A DNA stretch of 32,000 bases from Candidatus Saccharimonadota bacterium. GTDB lineage: Bacteria; Patescibacteriota; Saccharimonadia; Saccharimonadales; Saccharimonadaceae. The stretch spans positions 660,001 to 692,000 of the forward strand of contig MKSO01000001.1 in assembly GCA_001897305.1 (NCBI GenBank). Direction: 5' to 3'. Of the stretch, positions 23,299-30,966 are shown one piece after another. Position 1 is the first letter of the stretch; each line of letters begins with the position of its first letter. The notes below the pieces were generated by a model. That model was not told the origin of the DNA. It worked only from the letters and a program-made list of their open reading frames with translations, and did no database searches. The translations under genes and the position numbers were made by a program.

Positions 23299-23853
23299 TT
23301 ATTTAAGATCTTTTTGGGCACGGAATGCAAAAGCGATCACCAACGAACCGTACAGCACCGCGTACAGACCAACCACCCATACTACCGCTAAACCGGCAGA
23401 AACTGGGTAAAGCAGGGTAATGATACCGGCAATGATACCGATAGCACCCGCTAAAATGCTGAAGATGCGATCATCACTAGTACGATCCGCGTCAAACAAT
23501 CCCTCTAATAGATCGACGACGCCACGGACCAAGAATGTTAACCCAATAAAGAATACGAAAATAGCAGCAGCGGCTACTGGGTTGCGCAGTAGATATACCG
23601 CCAGTCCGACAGCGAGTACGCTAAAGAGTAGTTCAAGCCACCAGAACTTGTTTGTTCCCAGTGACGCGAGGCCTACGATGACCCCCACAATACCCCATAC
23701 AAGTACAAATACACCGAAGAGTACGATCAACAGTGCAACGGTAAGGCCTGGCCAAAATAATGCCAAGACACCGAATAAGATTGCCAATACACCCTGAGCG
23801 ATTGCGAGCCCCCAAAGCTGTTTAGCCAATGGACCCCATTGATTTTTTGCCAT
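23299..23853 (-). CDS. DUF308 (HdeD-like) integral membrane protein
   Basis: Repeating GxLxxxxGxxxLxxP helices: GVLAILFGVLALFWPGLTVALLIVLFGVFVLVWGIVGVI. Start at ATG 23853 with GGGAG upstream. Confidence 0.75.
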   Translation of the reverse strand: MAKNQWGPLAKQLWGLAIAQGVLAILFGVLALFWPGLTVALLIVLFGVFVLVWGIVGVIVGLASLGTNKFWWLELLFSVLAVGLAVYLLRNPVAAAAIFVFFIGLTFLVRGVVDLLEGLFDADRTSDDRIFSILAGAIGIIAGIITLLYPVSAGLAVVWVVGLYAVLYGSLVIAFAFRAQKDLK

Positions 23854-23892
23854 ACACACACTCCCTTTAAGGTTTGTGTCTCTAGTATAGTC

Positions 23893-24807
23893 CTATGCGA
23901 ATTGTTTGTTAAGAGAACTCTCAGCTTTGGTCTTGCAAGCTGCCGTATGATAAAGCAAATCCGGAAGTTTCTTACAATCCTCGCAGATAAGTACTAAATC
24001 GTTACAATTTGCATAGGCGCAGTTTTCGAAGTTGCTGGTTTTACCACCGCAATGGGTACACTTGCCTATGGTTTTGGCGTGGTCAGAAAATTCCATGGTC
24101 ATGCGGTTGTCAAAGACGCGAAGTGAGCCTTCCCATAGGCCATCGTCGCCATAAGCTTCACCGTACTTTACGATACCGCCATCAATTTGGTAGACATCCT
24201 TGAAACCACGCTTTTTCATCATGGCCGAAATAACTTCACAGCGAATACCGCCCGTACAATACGTAATGACTTTTTTATCTTTTATATCATCGTACTTGTC
24301 ACTTTCAAGTTCGGCAATAAAGTCACGTGAGGTATTTGTATTGGGTACAATCGCATTTTTAAATTTCCCAATCTTCGCTTCATGCTCGTTGCGTCCGTCA
24401 AAGAAGACAACATCATCACCAAATTGCTCAATAAGTTCATGTACTTGTTTTGGCTTGAGGTGAACGCCACCGCCCACTACACCATTGTCATCAACTTCAA
24501 ATTCATCATCGCTATTTTTAAAACCCACTAATTCACGGCGGTGCTTAACACTCAGACGCGGGAAATCTTCACGGCTGCCATCGCTCCATTTAAAAACAAT
24601 ATCTTTGAATCCTGGATATTCTTTTGTGGCTTTGGCATACACCTTAAGGTCATCGATATTACCACCTACCGTACCGTTTAGTCCATGTCGGCTCACCAAA
24701 ATACGGCCTCGTAAATTAAGGCTCTCGGCAAGCGTTTTTTGCCACAGCTTTACCGCCTCTGGATCGGCAATGGGCGTAAATTTATAATAAAGAAGAATTT
24801 TTTGCAT
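23893..24807 (-). CDS. trhO: Rhodanese-domain tRNA uridine(34) hydroxylase (UPF0176/YceA, TrhO)
   Basis: [44 protein letters not shown], rhodanese active-site loop YCTGGIRCE, and a C-terminal Cys cluster CTHCGG..C..C. Confidence 0.85.
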   Translation of the reverse strand: MQKILLYYKFTPIADPEAVKLWQKTLAESLNLRGRILVSRHGLNGTVGGNIDDLKVYAKATKEYPGFKDIVFKWSDGSREDFPRLSVKHRRELVGFKNSDDEFEVDDNGVVGGGVHLKPKQVHELIEQFGDDVVFFDGRNEHEAKIGKFKNAIVPNTNTSRDFIAELESDKYDDIKDKKVITYCTGGIRCEVISAMMKKRGFKDVYQIDGGIVKYGEAYGDDGLWEGSLRVFDNRMTMEFSDHAKTIGKCTHCGGKTSNFENCAYANCNDLVLICEDCKKLPDLLYHTAACKTKAESSLNKQFA

Positions 24808-24862
24808 TGGTATTTATTATAGCACATTTTACCCCAACTTTCTAGGGGTGTATACTTGCAGT

Positions 24863-25231
24863 ATGAGTTACCAGGAAAGCAAAGATGTCACGGTATACAT
24901 AGCGCAATTTGATCATCCAGTACGAGATCGACTCACCCAATTACGTCACTTGATTCAGTCTCGGTTTCCTCACAGTATTGAAGATATTAGCTACGGCATG
25001 CCCTGCTACAGACCGGCCACAGGTAAGCGCGGCGTAGTATACTTCGCTGCCGCGAAAAAACACATCGGGCTTTATGCAGTTGTCGATGCCGAACCTAATG
25101 AACCTATACACCCAGTGCTACAAAAGTATAAAACGGGACGCGGTACCCTGCAGTTCAAAAACACAGCACCTTTCCCCATAGATTCAATCAATGAAATTCT
25201 ACTATACCAGGCGACAAAATTAACCGTATAA
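24863..25231 (+). CDS. DUF1801 (YdhG-like) domain protein
   Basis: VTVYIAQFDHPVRDRLTQLRHLIQSRFP..ISYGMPCY....VVYFAAAKKHIGLY...GTLQFKNTAPFP matches the DUF1801 pattern. ATG 24863 is preferred over GTG 24848 because TTTACC-17 nt-TATACT ends 6 nt upstream of it. Confidence 0.75.
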   Translation: MSYQESKDVTVYIAQFDHPVRDRLTQLRHLIQSRFPHSIEDISYGMPCYRPATGKRGVVYFAAAKKHIGLYAVVDAEPNEPIHPVLQKYKTGRGTLQFKNTAPFPIDSINEILLYQATKLTV

Positions 25232-25235
25232 TCGC

Positions 25236-25264
25236 TTTACAAAACCTTTATTATCTCTTATAGT
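25236..25264 (+). promoter_or_regulatory. Promoter of the GreA-like/ABC exporter operon leader
   Basis: TTTACA-17 nt-TATAGT. The conserved leader block begins 6 nt after the -10 box. Confidence 0.55.
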
Positions 25265-25270
25265 AATTGG

Positions 25271-25340
25271 CACTATGACCCGTATGGGTCCTCTATTCGA
25301 CGACGTTCGGGCGTGCCGAACCAATCGCGAGTCTCTTCCA
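25271..25340 (+). ncRNA. Conserved structured 5' leader element, copy 2 (upstream of the GreA-like gene)
   Basis: CACTATGACCCGTATGGGTCCTCTATTCGACGACGTTCGGGCGTGCCGAACCAATCGCGAGTCTCTTCCA. It is homologous to the minus strand of 4797..4866 and has hairpins GACCC/GGGTC and GTTCGG/CCGAAC. Confidence 0.55.
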
Positions 25341-25372
25341 CTACAAATATAATTCTTAAATAAAGGAGCTGT

Positions 25373-25834
25373 ATGTCCTTAGAGTTTTTTATTCTCTCTG
25401 AAGATCTATCATGGCTTGATGCCCGCATCCATGAGCTTGATAAAACAATCCAAGACCTTGGGCCCGAGTTTTACGATGTATTCAACCAATCATCAGAAAC
25501 ATGGCACGATAACGCACCATTCGATGCGCTGCGTGACAAGCAGTCTGTATTATTTGCTGAATATACTCACCTGCGTGCCATTCGTCAAAAAGCTCAGCTT
25601 TATAGAGACGCAAAAGATGATTCAGTTGTATCAATAGGAAAATATATAACCATCAACAATAAGAAATTTCATATAGCTGGTGACTGGACACGAAATGCCG
25701 GCAAAACCCTTAATGGCATCACTACTATAAGCCGGCAATCGCCTTTGGCTCAAGAAATAATAGGAAAACCAGCAGGAACCCTTACAAAGTATGGAATAAT
25801 TGAAAATATAGTGAGTACATATGGCGACAAATAG
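25373..25834 (+). CDS. GreA/GreB-family transcription elongation factor-like protein
   Basis: 153 aa. The N-terminal coiled coil has the tip-like segment SSETWHDNAPFDALRDKQ (compare GreA ..DLSENAEYDAAKEEQ). The C-terminal domain has VSIGKYITI and ISRQSPLAQEIIGKPAG (compare GreA ISxxSPxGxALLGKxxGD). AAGGAG lies 5 nt upstream. Confidence 0.7.
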   Translation: MSLEFFILSEDLSWLDARIHELDKTIQDLGPEFYDVFNQSSETWHDNAPFDALRDKQSVLFAEYTHLRAIRQKAQLYRDAKDDSVVSIGKYITINNKKFHIAGDWTRNAGKTLNGITTISRQSPLAQEIIGKPAGTLTKYGIIENIVSTYGDK

Positions 25835-27569
25835 AAATACCCTCAAGATTTACCTCGGGCAAATTAAATATCACTTGCCGACGTTTATTATTGCTCTTAT
25901 TTGCATGCCAGCAACAACGCTGCTTATTGATACAGGTCTAGCGTACTTCTTAAGTATGGCTATTGGCGATCTTTCATCGGGCAATACCGCAGCCATGCAG
26001 CAGCATCTTCTATTCGCTGCAATCGTTGGTGGGGCTGGGGTGCTTACAAACTTCATAGGGTTTCAAGCGCTCGTGCAGCACGAGTCACGAATTCGCACGC
26101 GCCTTTACAATTTTGTATTTAGCGCCCTTCTATACAAAGATCTTCAATTCTTTGTAAACGAAAAGGTTGGAGCACTTACAAGCAGGTTCATTGACTTCAC
26201 CCGTTCGCATATTCTCATTCAAGACCTATTGATCATTCGTACACTCGGGTTCAGCCTTTCATTGATCGTAGGGCTTATCATCGTGTCGCAAAGTGCACCT
26301 TTACTGGCGCTTATACTACTCGGGCTCATTATCCTTATAGTGGTTCAAATCAAGGTCTTCACCACTATTCGCGCACCGTTTCGTCACAGACGCAAAAAAT
26401 TAATCGGTGAAATACACGGAGAAATTGCCGACTCCGTAACCAATAGTTTGATGGTAAAAACCTTTGCACAGGAAGAGCACGAAAAGCAGCACTTATACAA
26501 ACGAACTAAGGAACTTGAAAAGGTATTTATTAAAGACATCGCACTTTTTGGCGTTGACGGCACTATCCGTACTAGTATTATGATTTCTACGCAAGTCATC
26601 GCAATTGGTATTGCCGCAACTATGGTCGCAAATGGCCAACTTACCATTGCAATTGCTATATTTTCAATGGCCTACCTGCAACGCCTAGCTTCACAAACCT
26701 TCCAATTAGGCGAACTCATTAACGGCTACGACGAAGCACTCCTCCAGGCCGCACCAATGAGCGACATTCTCACCAAACCCGTCACTGTTTTCGACCAACC
26801 TGGGAGCAAGAAACACATCATAAAAACACCTGCTATAGCATTCCATAATGTCTCGTATCATTACAGCGAAAGTGGTGCGGATGTTATTAAATCATTAGAG
26901 TTAGACATTCCAGCGGGTCAGCGGGTTGGACTAGTGGGACACTCTGGGGCTGGCAAAACAACAATCACTCACCTGCTTCTTCGCTTTGCCGACGCTACGG
27001 GAGGTTCGATAACTATCGATGACGTAGACCTACGTGACTACACACAACAGTCACTTCGTCAACAAATTTCCTACGTTCCACAAGAGCCATTGTTGTTTCA
27101 CCGAAGCCTACGCGAGAACATTGCTTACGGCAATCTCAAAGCATCTGACACTCAAATACGAAAAGCCGCCGAACAGGCAAATGCCCTTGAGTTTATCGAC
27201 GCACTTCCTGATGGGCTCGATACATTAGTTGGTGAACGTGGCGTTAAGTTATCAGGTGGGCAGCGACAGCGTGTCGCCATAGCTCGAGCCATCTTAAAAG
27301 ACGCACCGATATTAATATTGGATGAAGCCACAAGTGCTTTAGACAGCGCCAGTGAGTTGTTAATCCAAAAATCCCTTGGTACTTTAATGAAAGGTCGCAC
27401 CAGTATCGTCATAGCCCACCGTCTTTCAACCATCGCCAAGCTGGATCGTATTATAGTAATGGATGATGGTAAAATAGCCGAAGACGGTACACACGACGAA
27501 CTCCTAAAACGCGGTGGTATATACGCGAAACTATGGGCCCACCAATCTGGCGGATTTATCGAGGAATAA
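25821..27569 (+). CDS. ABC exporter, fused permease/ATPase subunit (MsbA/MdlB-like type I exporter), subunit 1
   Basis: Six-helix TMD followed by an NBD: Walker A GHSGAGKTT, Q-loop, signature LSGGQRQR, Walker B ILILDEATSALD, H-loop IAHRLST. The start overlaps the GreA-like stop by 14 nt. Confidence 0.9.
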   Translation: MATNRNTLKIYLGQIKYHLPTFIIALICMPATTLLIDTGLAYFLSMAIGDLSSGNTAAMQQHLLFAAIVGGAGVLTNFIGFQALVQHESRIRTRLYNFVFSALLYKDLQFFVNEKVGALTSRFIDFTRSHILIQDLLIIRTLGFSLSLIVGLIIVSQSAPLLALILLGLIILIVVQIKVFTTIRAPFRHRRKKLIGEIHGEIADSVTNSLMVKTFAQEEHEKQHLYKRTKELEKVFIKDIALFGVDGTIRTSIMISTQVIAIGIAATMVANGQLTIAIAIFSMAYLQRLASQTFQLGELINGYDEALLQAAPMSDILTKPVTVFDQPGSKKHIIKTPAIAFHNVSYHYSESGADVIKSLELDIPAGQRVGLVGHSGAGKTTITHLLLRFADATGGSITIDDVDLRDYTQQSLRQQISYVPQEPLLFHRSLRENIAYGNLKASDTQIRKAAEQANALEFIDALPDGLDTLVGERGVKLSGGQRQRVAIARAILKDAPILILDEATSALDSASELLIQKSLGTLMKGRTSIVIAHRLSTIAKLDRIIVMDDGKIAEDGTHDELLKRGGIYAKLWAHQSGGFIEE

Positions 27570-27575
27570 TAGAGT

Positions 27576-29360
27576 ATGAAAACGAAAAAAATACCAATTG
27601 AACAACAGCCCGAGACTATTGCAAAAGTACTACGGTATCACTGGCGCCATGCTATGAAATATCGCAAAGAAGTTATTGCAAGCTTTGTAGTTGGACCTAT
27701 TTCAATTGTTATCGACCGTTATATATCGCCTATCTTTATCGCACTCCTTTTAACGGCCATACAGCAGAATACAGCCACGTTGCAAAATTCGATATGGCTG
27801 ATTGTTGGCTACGCTGCCACACAGTTGATTGGGTTTGTTGTTGGTTATCGCGTTAATCTTCATACCATGTGGTCAGTTCAAATTTATGGCGCCCGCGATA
27901 TTAACCAAGAGGCCTATGATGCCATCGCGCGTCAATCGCTAGGCTTTCACAATAATCGGTTTGCTGGCTCATTAGTTTCTCAGGTGAATAAAACCAGTGC
28001 TGCATTTTTTGCCTTCTGGAATATGGTTATCTTTGAAATCATGTTTGCAGTAGTGGCAATTATTGCAACACTCATTAGCGTCGGAATTTTGGCATGGCCG
28101 CTCGCTATTATACTTGCGCTAACAGTGGGGTTATTTATTACCGCATCATATTTTGGGACTCGGTTCATGCGTCCACGCCAGGTGGCACGCTCCAAAGCAA
28201 ATACAAAAGTATCCGGTCAGCTCTCTGATTCAATTGCCAATATTGCAACCGTCAAAATTGAAAGCAATGAAAGAATAGAACGTCAGCGCCTTACGTCGCT
28301 ACTTGACGATGTATTGAAACGCGAACGACACGTGCGTCGTGGCACCATGGCTACTACCACCATAACGTCGTCACTCATTGCTATTAGCCGAGTACTTGCG
28401 CTTGTGGTTGCTGTTTGGGCTGTTCAATCCCATGCCATAAATGCCGGCGTCGTTTATCTCATTATCACCTACACTTTTAACTTGTTTATGGAGTTATGGA
28501 ATATTAGCAACGCCCTTCGAACCATGTATCAAATCACCGGCGACAGCGAGGAGCTACTTTCAATCATCAATCAGCAGTCCGACATTACCGACACAACCAA
28601 AACAGCACTCAAGGCGCCGCACGGTGAAGTACGCATTAGCGACTTAACCTTTGCCCATGAAGATAACGACCCGTTGTTTACTAATTTCGACCTTACTATT
28701 CCCGCTGGTCAAAAGATAGGCGTTGTGGGCGTGAGTGGTTCGGGCAAAACCACCCTTACTCGTCTACTTCTTCGTCTCTCAGAACCGCAGTCCGGTACGA
28801 TTACAGTAGATGGCCAAGATATTTCCAAAGTAAGCCTAGACTCCCTTCATAACGCAATAGCTTATGTGCCTCAAGAACCCTTGCTTTTTCATCGCAGTCT
28901 AGCCGAAAATATTGCCTATTCTAAACCTAAAGCAACGATAGGTAATATCAAGAAGGCAGCCAAAGATGCCCAGGCTTATCATTTTATTAGCTCATTAAAA
29001 GAAGGTTTTGACACGCTGGTTGGCGAGCGCGGCGTTAAGCTCTCGGGCGGACAGCGCCAACGGGTTGCAATTGCCCGAGCGATTCTAAAGGACGCACCTA
29101 TTCTAGTGCTCGACGAAGCAACTAGTGCGCTCGACAGCGAGAGTGAGGCGCTTATTCAAAAAGCCCTAAAAAAGCTCATGGAAGGACGTACTAGCATCGT
29201 CATCGCTCACCGACTTTCCACCATAGCCAAGCTCGACCGTATTATCGTTATGGAAGATGGCGCTATTATAGAAGACGGTTCGCACGAGCAGCTTCTAGCC
29301 AAAAACGGAAAGTACGCCCAGTTATGGGCGCACCAATCCGGTGGATTCATTGAAGAATAA
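27576..29360 (+). CDS. ABC exporter, fused permease/ATPase subunit, subunit 2 (probable heterodimer partner)
   Basis: TMD plus NBD: Walker A GVSGSGKTT, LSGGQRQR, ILVLDEATSALD, IAHRLST. It starts 6 nt after the subunit 1 stop, with GAGGAA upstream. Confidence 0.9.
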   Translation: MKTKKIPIEQQPETIAKVLRYHWRHAMKYRKEVIASFVVGPISIVIDRYISPIFIALLLTAIQQNTATLQNSIWLIVGYAATQLIGFVVGYRVNLHTMWSVQIYGARDINQEAYDAIARQSLGFHNNRFAGSLVSQVNKTSAAFFAFWNMVIFEIMFAVVAIIATLISVGILAWPLAIILALTVGLFITASYFGTRFMRPRQVARSKANTKVSGQLSDSIANIATVKIESNERIERQRLTSLLDDVLKRERHVRRGTMATTTITSSLIAISRVLALVVAVWAVQSHAINAGVVYLIITYTFNLFMELWNISNALRTMYQITGDSEELLSIINQQSDITDTTKTALKAPHGEVRISDLTFAHEDNDPLFTNFDLTIPAGQKIGVVGVSGSGKTTLTRLLLRLSEPQSGTITVDGQDISKVSLDSLHNAIAYVPQEPLLFHRSLAENIAYSKPKATIGNIKKAAKDAQAYHFISSLKEGFDTLVGERGVKLSGGQRQRVAIARAILKDAPILVLDEATSALDSESEALIQKALKKLMEGRTSIVIAHRLSTIAKLDRIIVMEDGAIIEDGSHEQLLAKNGKYAQLWAHQSGGFIEE

Positions 29361-29361
29361 C

Positions 29362-30102
29362 CTACTTGTTTGCGTCAACGTTTGACTGCTTTGGTCCATC
29401 CTGGCCTTTACCGCCTGGACGGGTCTCTTCTACTTGCGTGTCCTGCGGTGTATCGCTACCATGCTCCGCTTCAACGTTATCAGCACTTGGGTCTTCAGCA
29501 TCGCCGGCCGCAGCTTCGTTAGCTGCTTCTAGTGCCGCTGGCTCGTATACATTGGCAACAACGAGTTCAAGATCTTGTTCAACATCCGCATATTCCACAC
29601 CTTCAGGTAGTGTTACATCTGCAAGTGTCACCTTATCTTCGTTGGTTGCAAGGTTTAAAATTGATACCGTCAGCGCTTCGGGCAGGTCAGCTGGTTTAGC
29701 TTTAATTTGAACCGTCTCAATAGCCTGAAGCACGATAAGTCCGGCTTTTTCAGCCTCACTTTCGCCAAGGCCTTCTAGGTGAATTGGCACTTCAGCATGC
29801 ACGACATCACTTGCTTTTACGGCATGAAAGGCAACGTGTTGAATACGCGCTTTAACAGGGTCTCGCTCGATGTCCTTGATAAGAGCAATCCTCTTTTTTG
29901 AGTCAACGGTCAAGTGCACGGGCGTGTGCTTGCCAGCCTCTCGCACTACTTTTTCCAGTACGTTGTATTCAGACTGCACGAGGACTGGTTCAAACCCATG
30001 TCCATATACAACCCCCGGTACAAGACCTTCACGTCGTAGGTGGGTAACTTTTTTACCTCGTTGCTCGCGGACTGCGAGTGTTAGTGTTATCTTATCTCCC
30101 AT
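29362..30102 (-). CDS. rplY: 50S ribosomal protein L25/general stress protein Ctc, with a long acidic C-terminal tail
   Basis: LRREGLVPGVVYGHGFEPVLVQ and the Ctc-type second domain. The ~60-aa Ala/Glu/Asp-rich tail is low-complexity. AAGGAGGAG lies upstream of the ATG. Confidence 0.88.
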   Translation of the reverse strand: MGDKITLTLAVREQRGKKVTHLRREGLVPGVVYGHGFEPVLVQSEYNVLEKVVREAGKHTPVHLTVDSKKRIALIKDIERDPVKARIQHVAFHAVKASDVVHAEVPIHLEGLGESEAEKAGLIVLQAIETVQIKAKPADLPEALTVSILNLATNEDKVTLADVTLPEGVEYADVEQDLELVVANVYEPAALEAANEAAAGDAEDPSADNVEAEHGSDTPQDTQVEETRPGGKGQDGPKQSNVDANK

Positions 30103-30164
30103 GTCTCTCCTCCTTTTCGTTGGATACCTTTACGGAAATTTGATATTGCACTTACTATTATACG

Positions 30165-30189
30165 CTTTAAGCTGTAAGAAAGCTTAAAG
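30165..30189. repeat. 9-bp perfect inverted repeat in the rplY/dedA divergent intergenic region
   Basis: CTTTAAGCT-GTAAGAA-AGCTTAAAG. Confidence 0.5.
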
Positions 30190-30237
30190 ACATGATGTAT
30201 AGTTGCCAGAGAGCCTACGTGCTACAATAGTAAGCAC

Positions 30238-30912
30238 ATGATTCCCGGTGTTGATATTCTCGATTTTATTGTTAGGGCAAGTATATTCGGCGTGGCATTA
30301 GTTGTGTTTGCCGAGTCCGGTCTTCTTATTGGTTTTTTCTTACCAGGTGACAGCCTATTGTTTGCCACTGGTTTTTTGATTCAAACCGGCCTGCTTCACT
30401 TCAACATCCATCTTGCCGTCCTTCTTATTTTTGTCGCCGCTGTACTTGGTGATAGCGTTGGCTACACCTTCGGCCGCAAACTTGGGCCGCGCGTTTTCAG
30501 TCGGCCAAATGCACGGCTTTTCAAGCAAGAGTATGTTAAGCGTACTCAAGATTTTTACGAAAAACACGGTGGTAAAACAATTATTATTGCCCGATTCGTC
30601 CCTATTGTCCGTACTTTTGCTCCAATCGTAGCCGGTGCCGGTAAAATGGAGTACAAAAGATTCCTCACTTTTAACATTATTGGCGGCTTGCTTTGGACTG
30701 CCGGTATTACCTACATGGGGTATTTCCTTGGTCACCTTTTCGAACAAGCTGGTATCGAAATCGATCAAATTCTTCTTCCGCTCATAGCCATTATCATCCT
30801 TATTTCAGTACTTCCTCCAGCAATCCATATTCTTAAGGATAAGAAAAATCGTTCTGCTTTATGGGAAGGTGCGAAACGTCAGCTCAAGGCGCTTTTTGGG
30901 CCTAAAAAGTAA
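30238..30912 (+). CDS. dedA: DedA-family (VTT/SNARE-associated domain) membrane protein
   Basis: FLPGDSLLFATGFL, GRKLGPRVF and ARFVPIVRTFAPIVAGAGKMEYKRFLTFNIIGGLLW are typical DedA motifs. An extended -10 (TGcTACAAT) ends 9 nt upstream of the ATG. Confidence 0.88.
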   Translation: MIPGVDILDFIVRASIFGVALVVFAESGLLIGFFLPGDSLLFATGFLIQTGLLHFNIHLAVLLIFVAAVLGDSVGYTFGRKLGPRVFSRPNARLFKQEYVKRTQDFYEKHGGKTIIIARFVPIVRTFAPIVAGAGKMEYKRFLTFNIIGGLLWTAGITYMGYFLGHLFEQAGIEIDQILLPLIAIIILISVLPPAIHILKDKKNRSALWEGAKRQLKALFGPKK

Positions 30913-30966
30913 GCTTGCCCCGCAGGTTGCAAAATACTTCGTAAGTCATCATACTAATGGTTACTT

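Noticed and set aside
27240-29360. Near-identical C-termini of the two ABC proteins, considered as a recent duplication or assembly artefact
   Set aside because: The nucleotide sequences differ at many synonymous positions (for example ggtgaacgtggcgttaagttatca versus ggcgagcgcggcgttaagctctcg), so these are genuine diverged paralogues.
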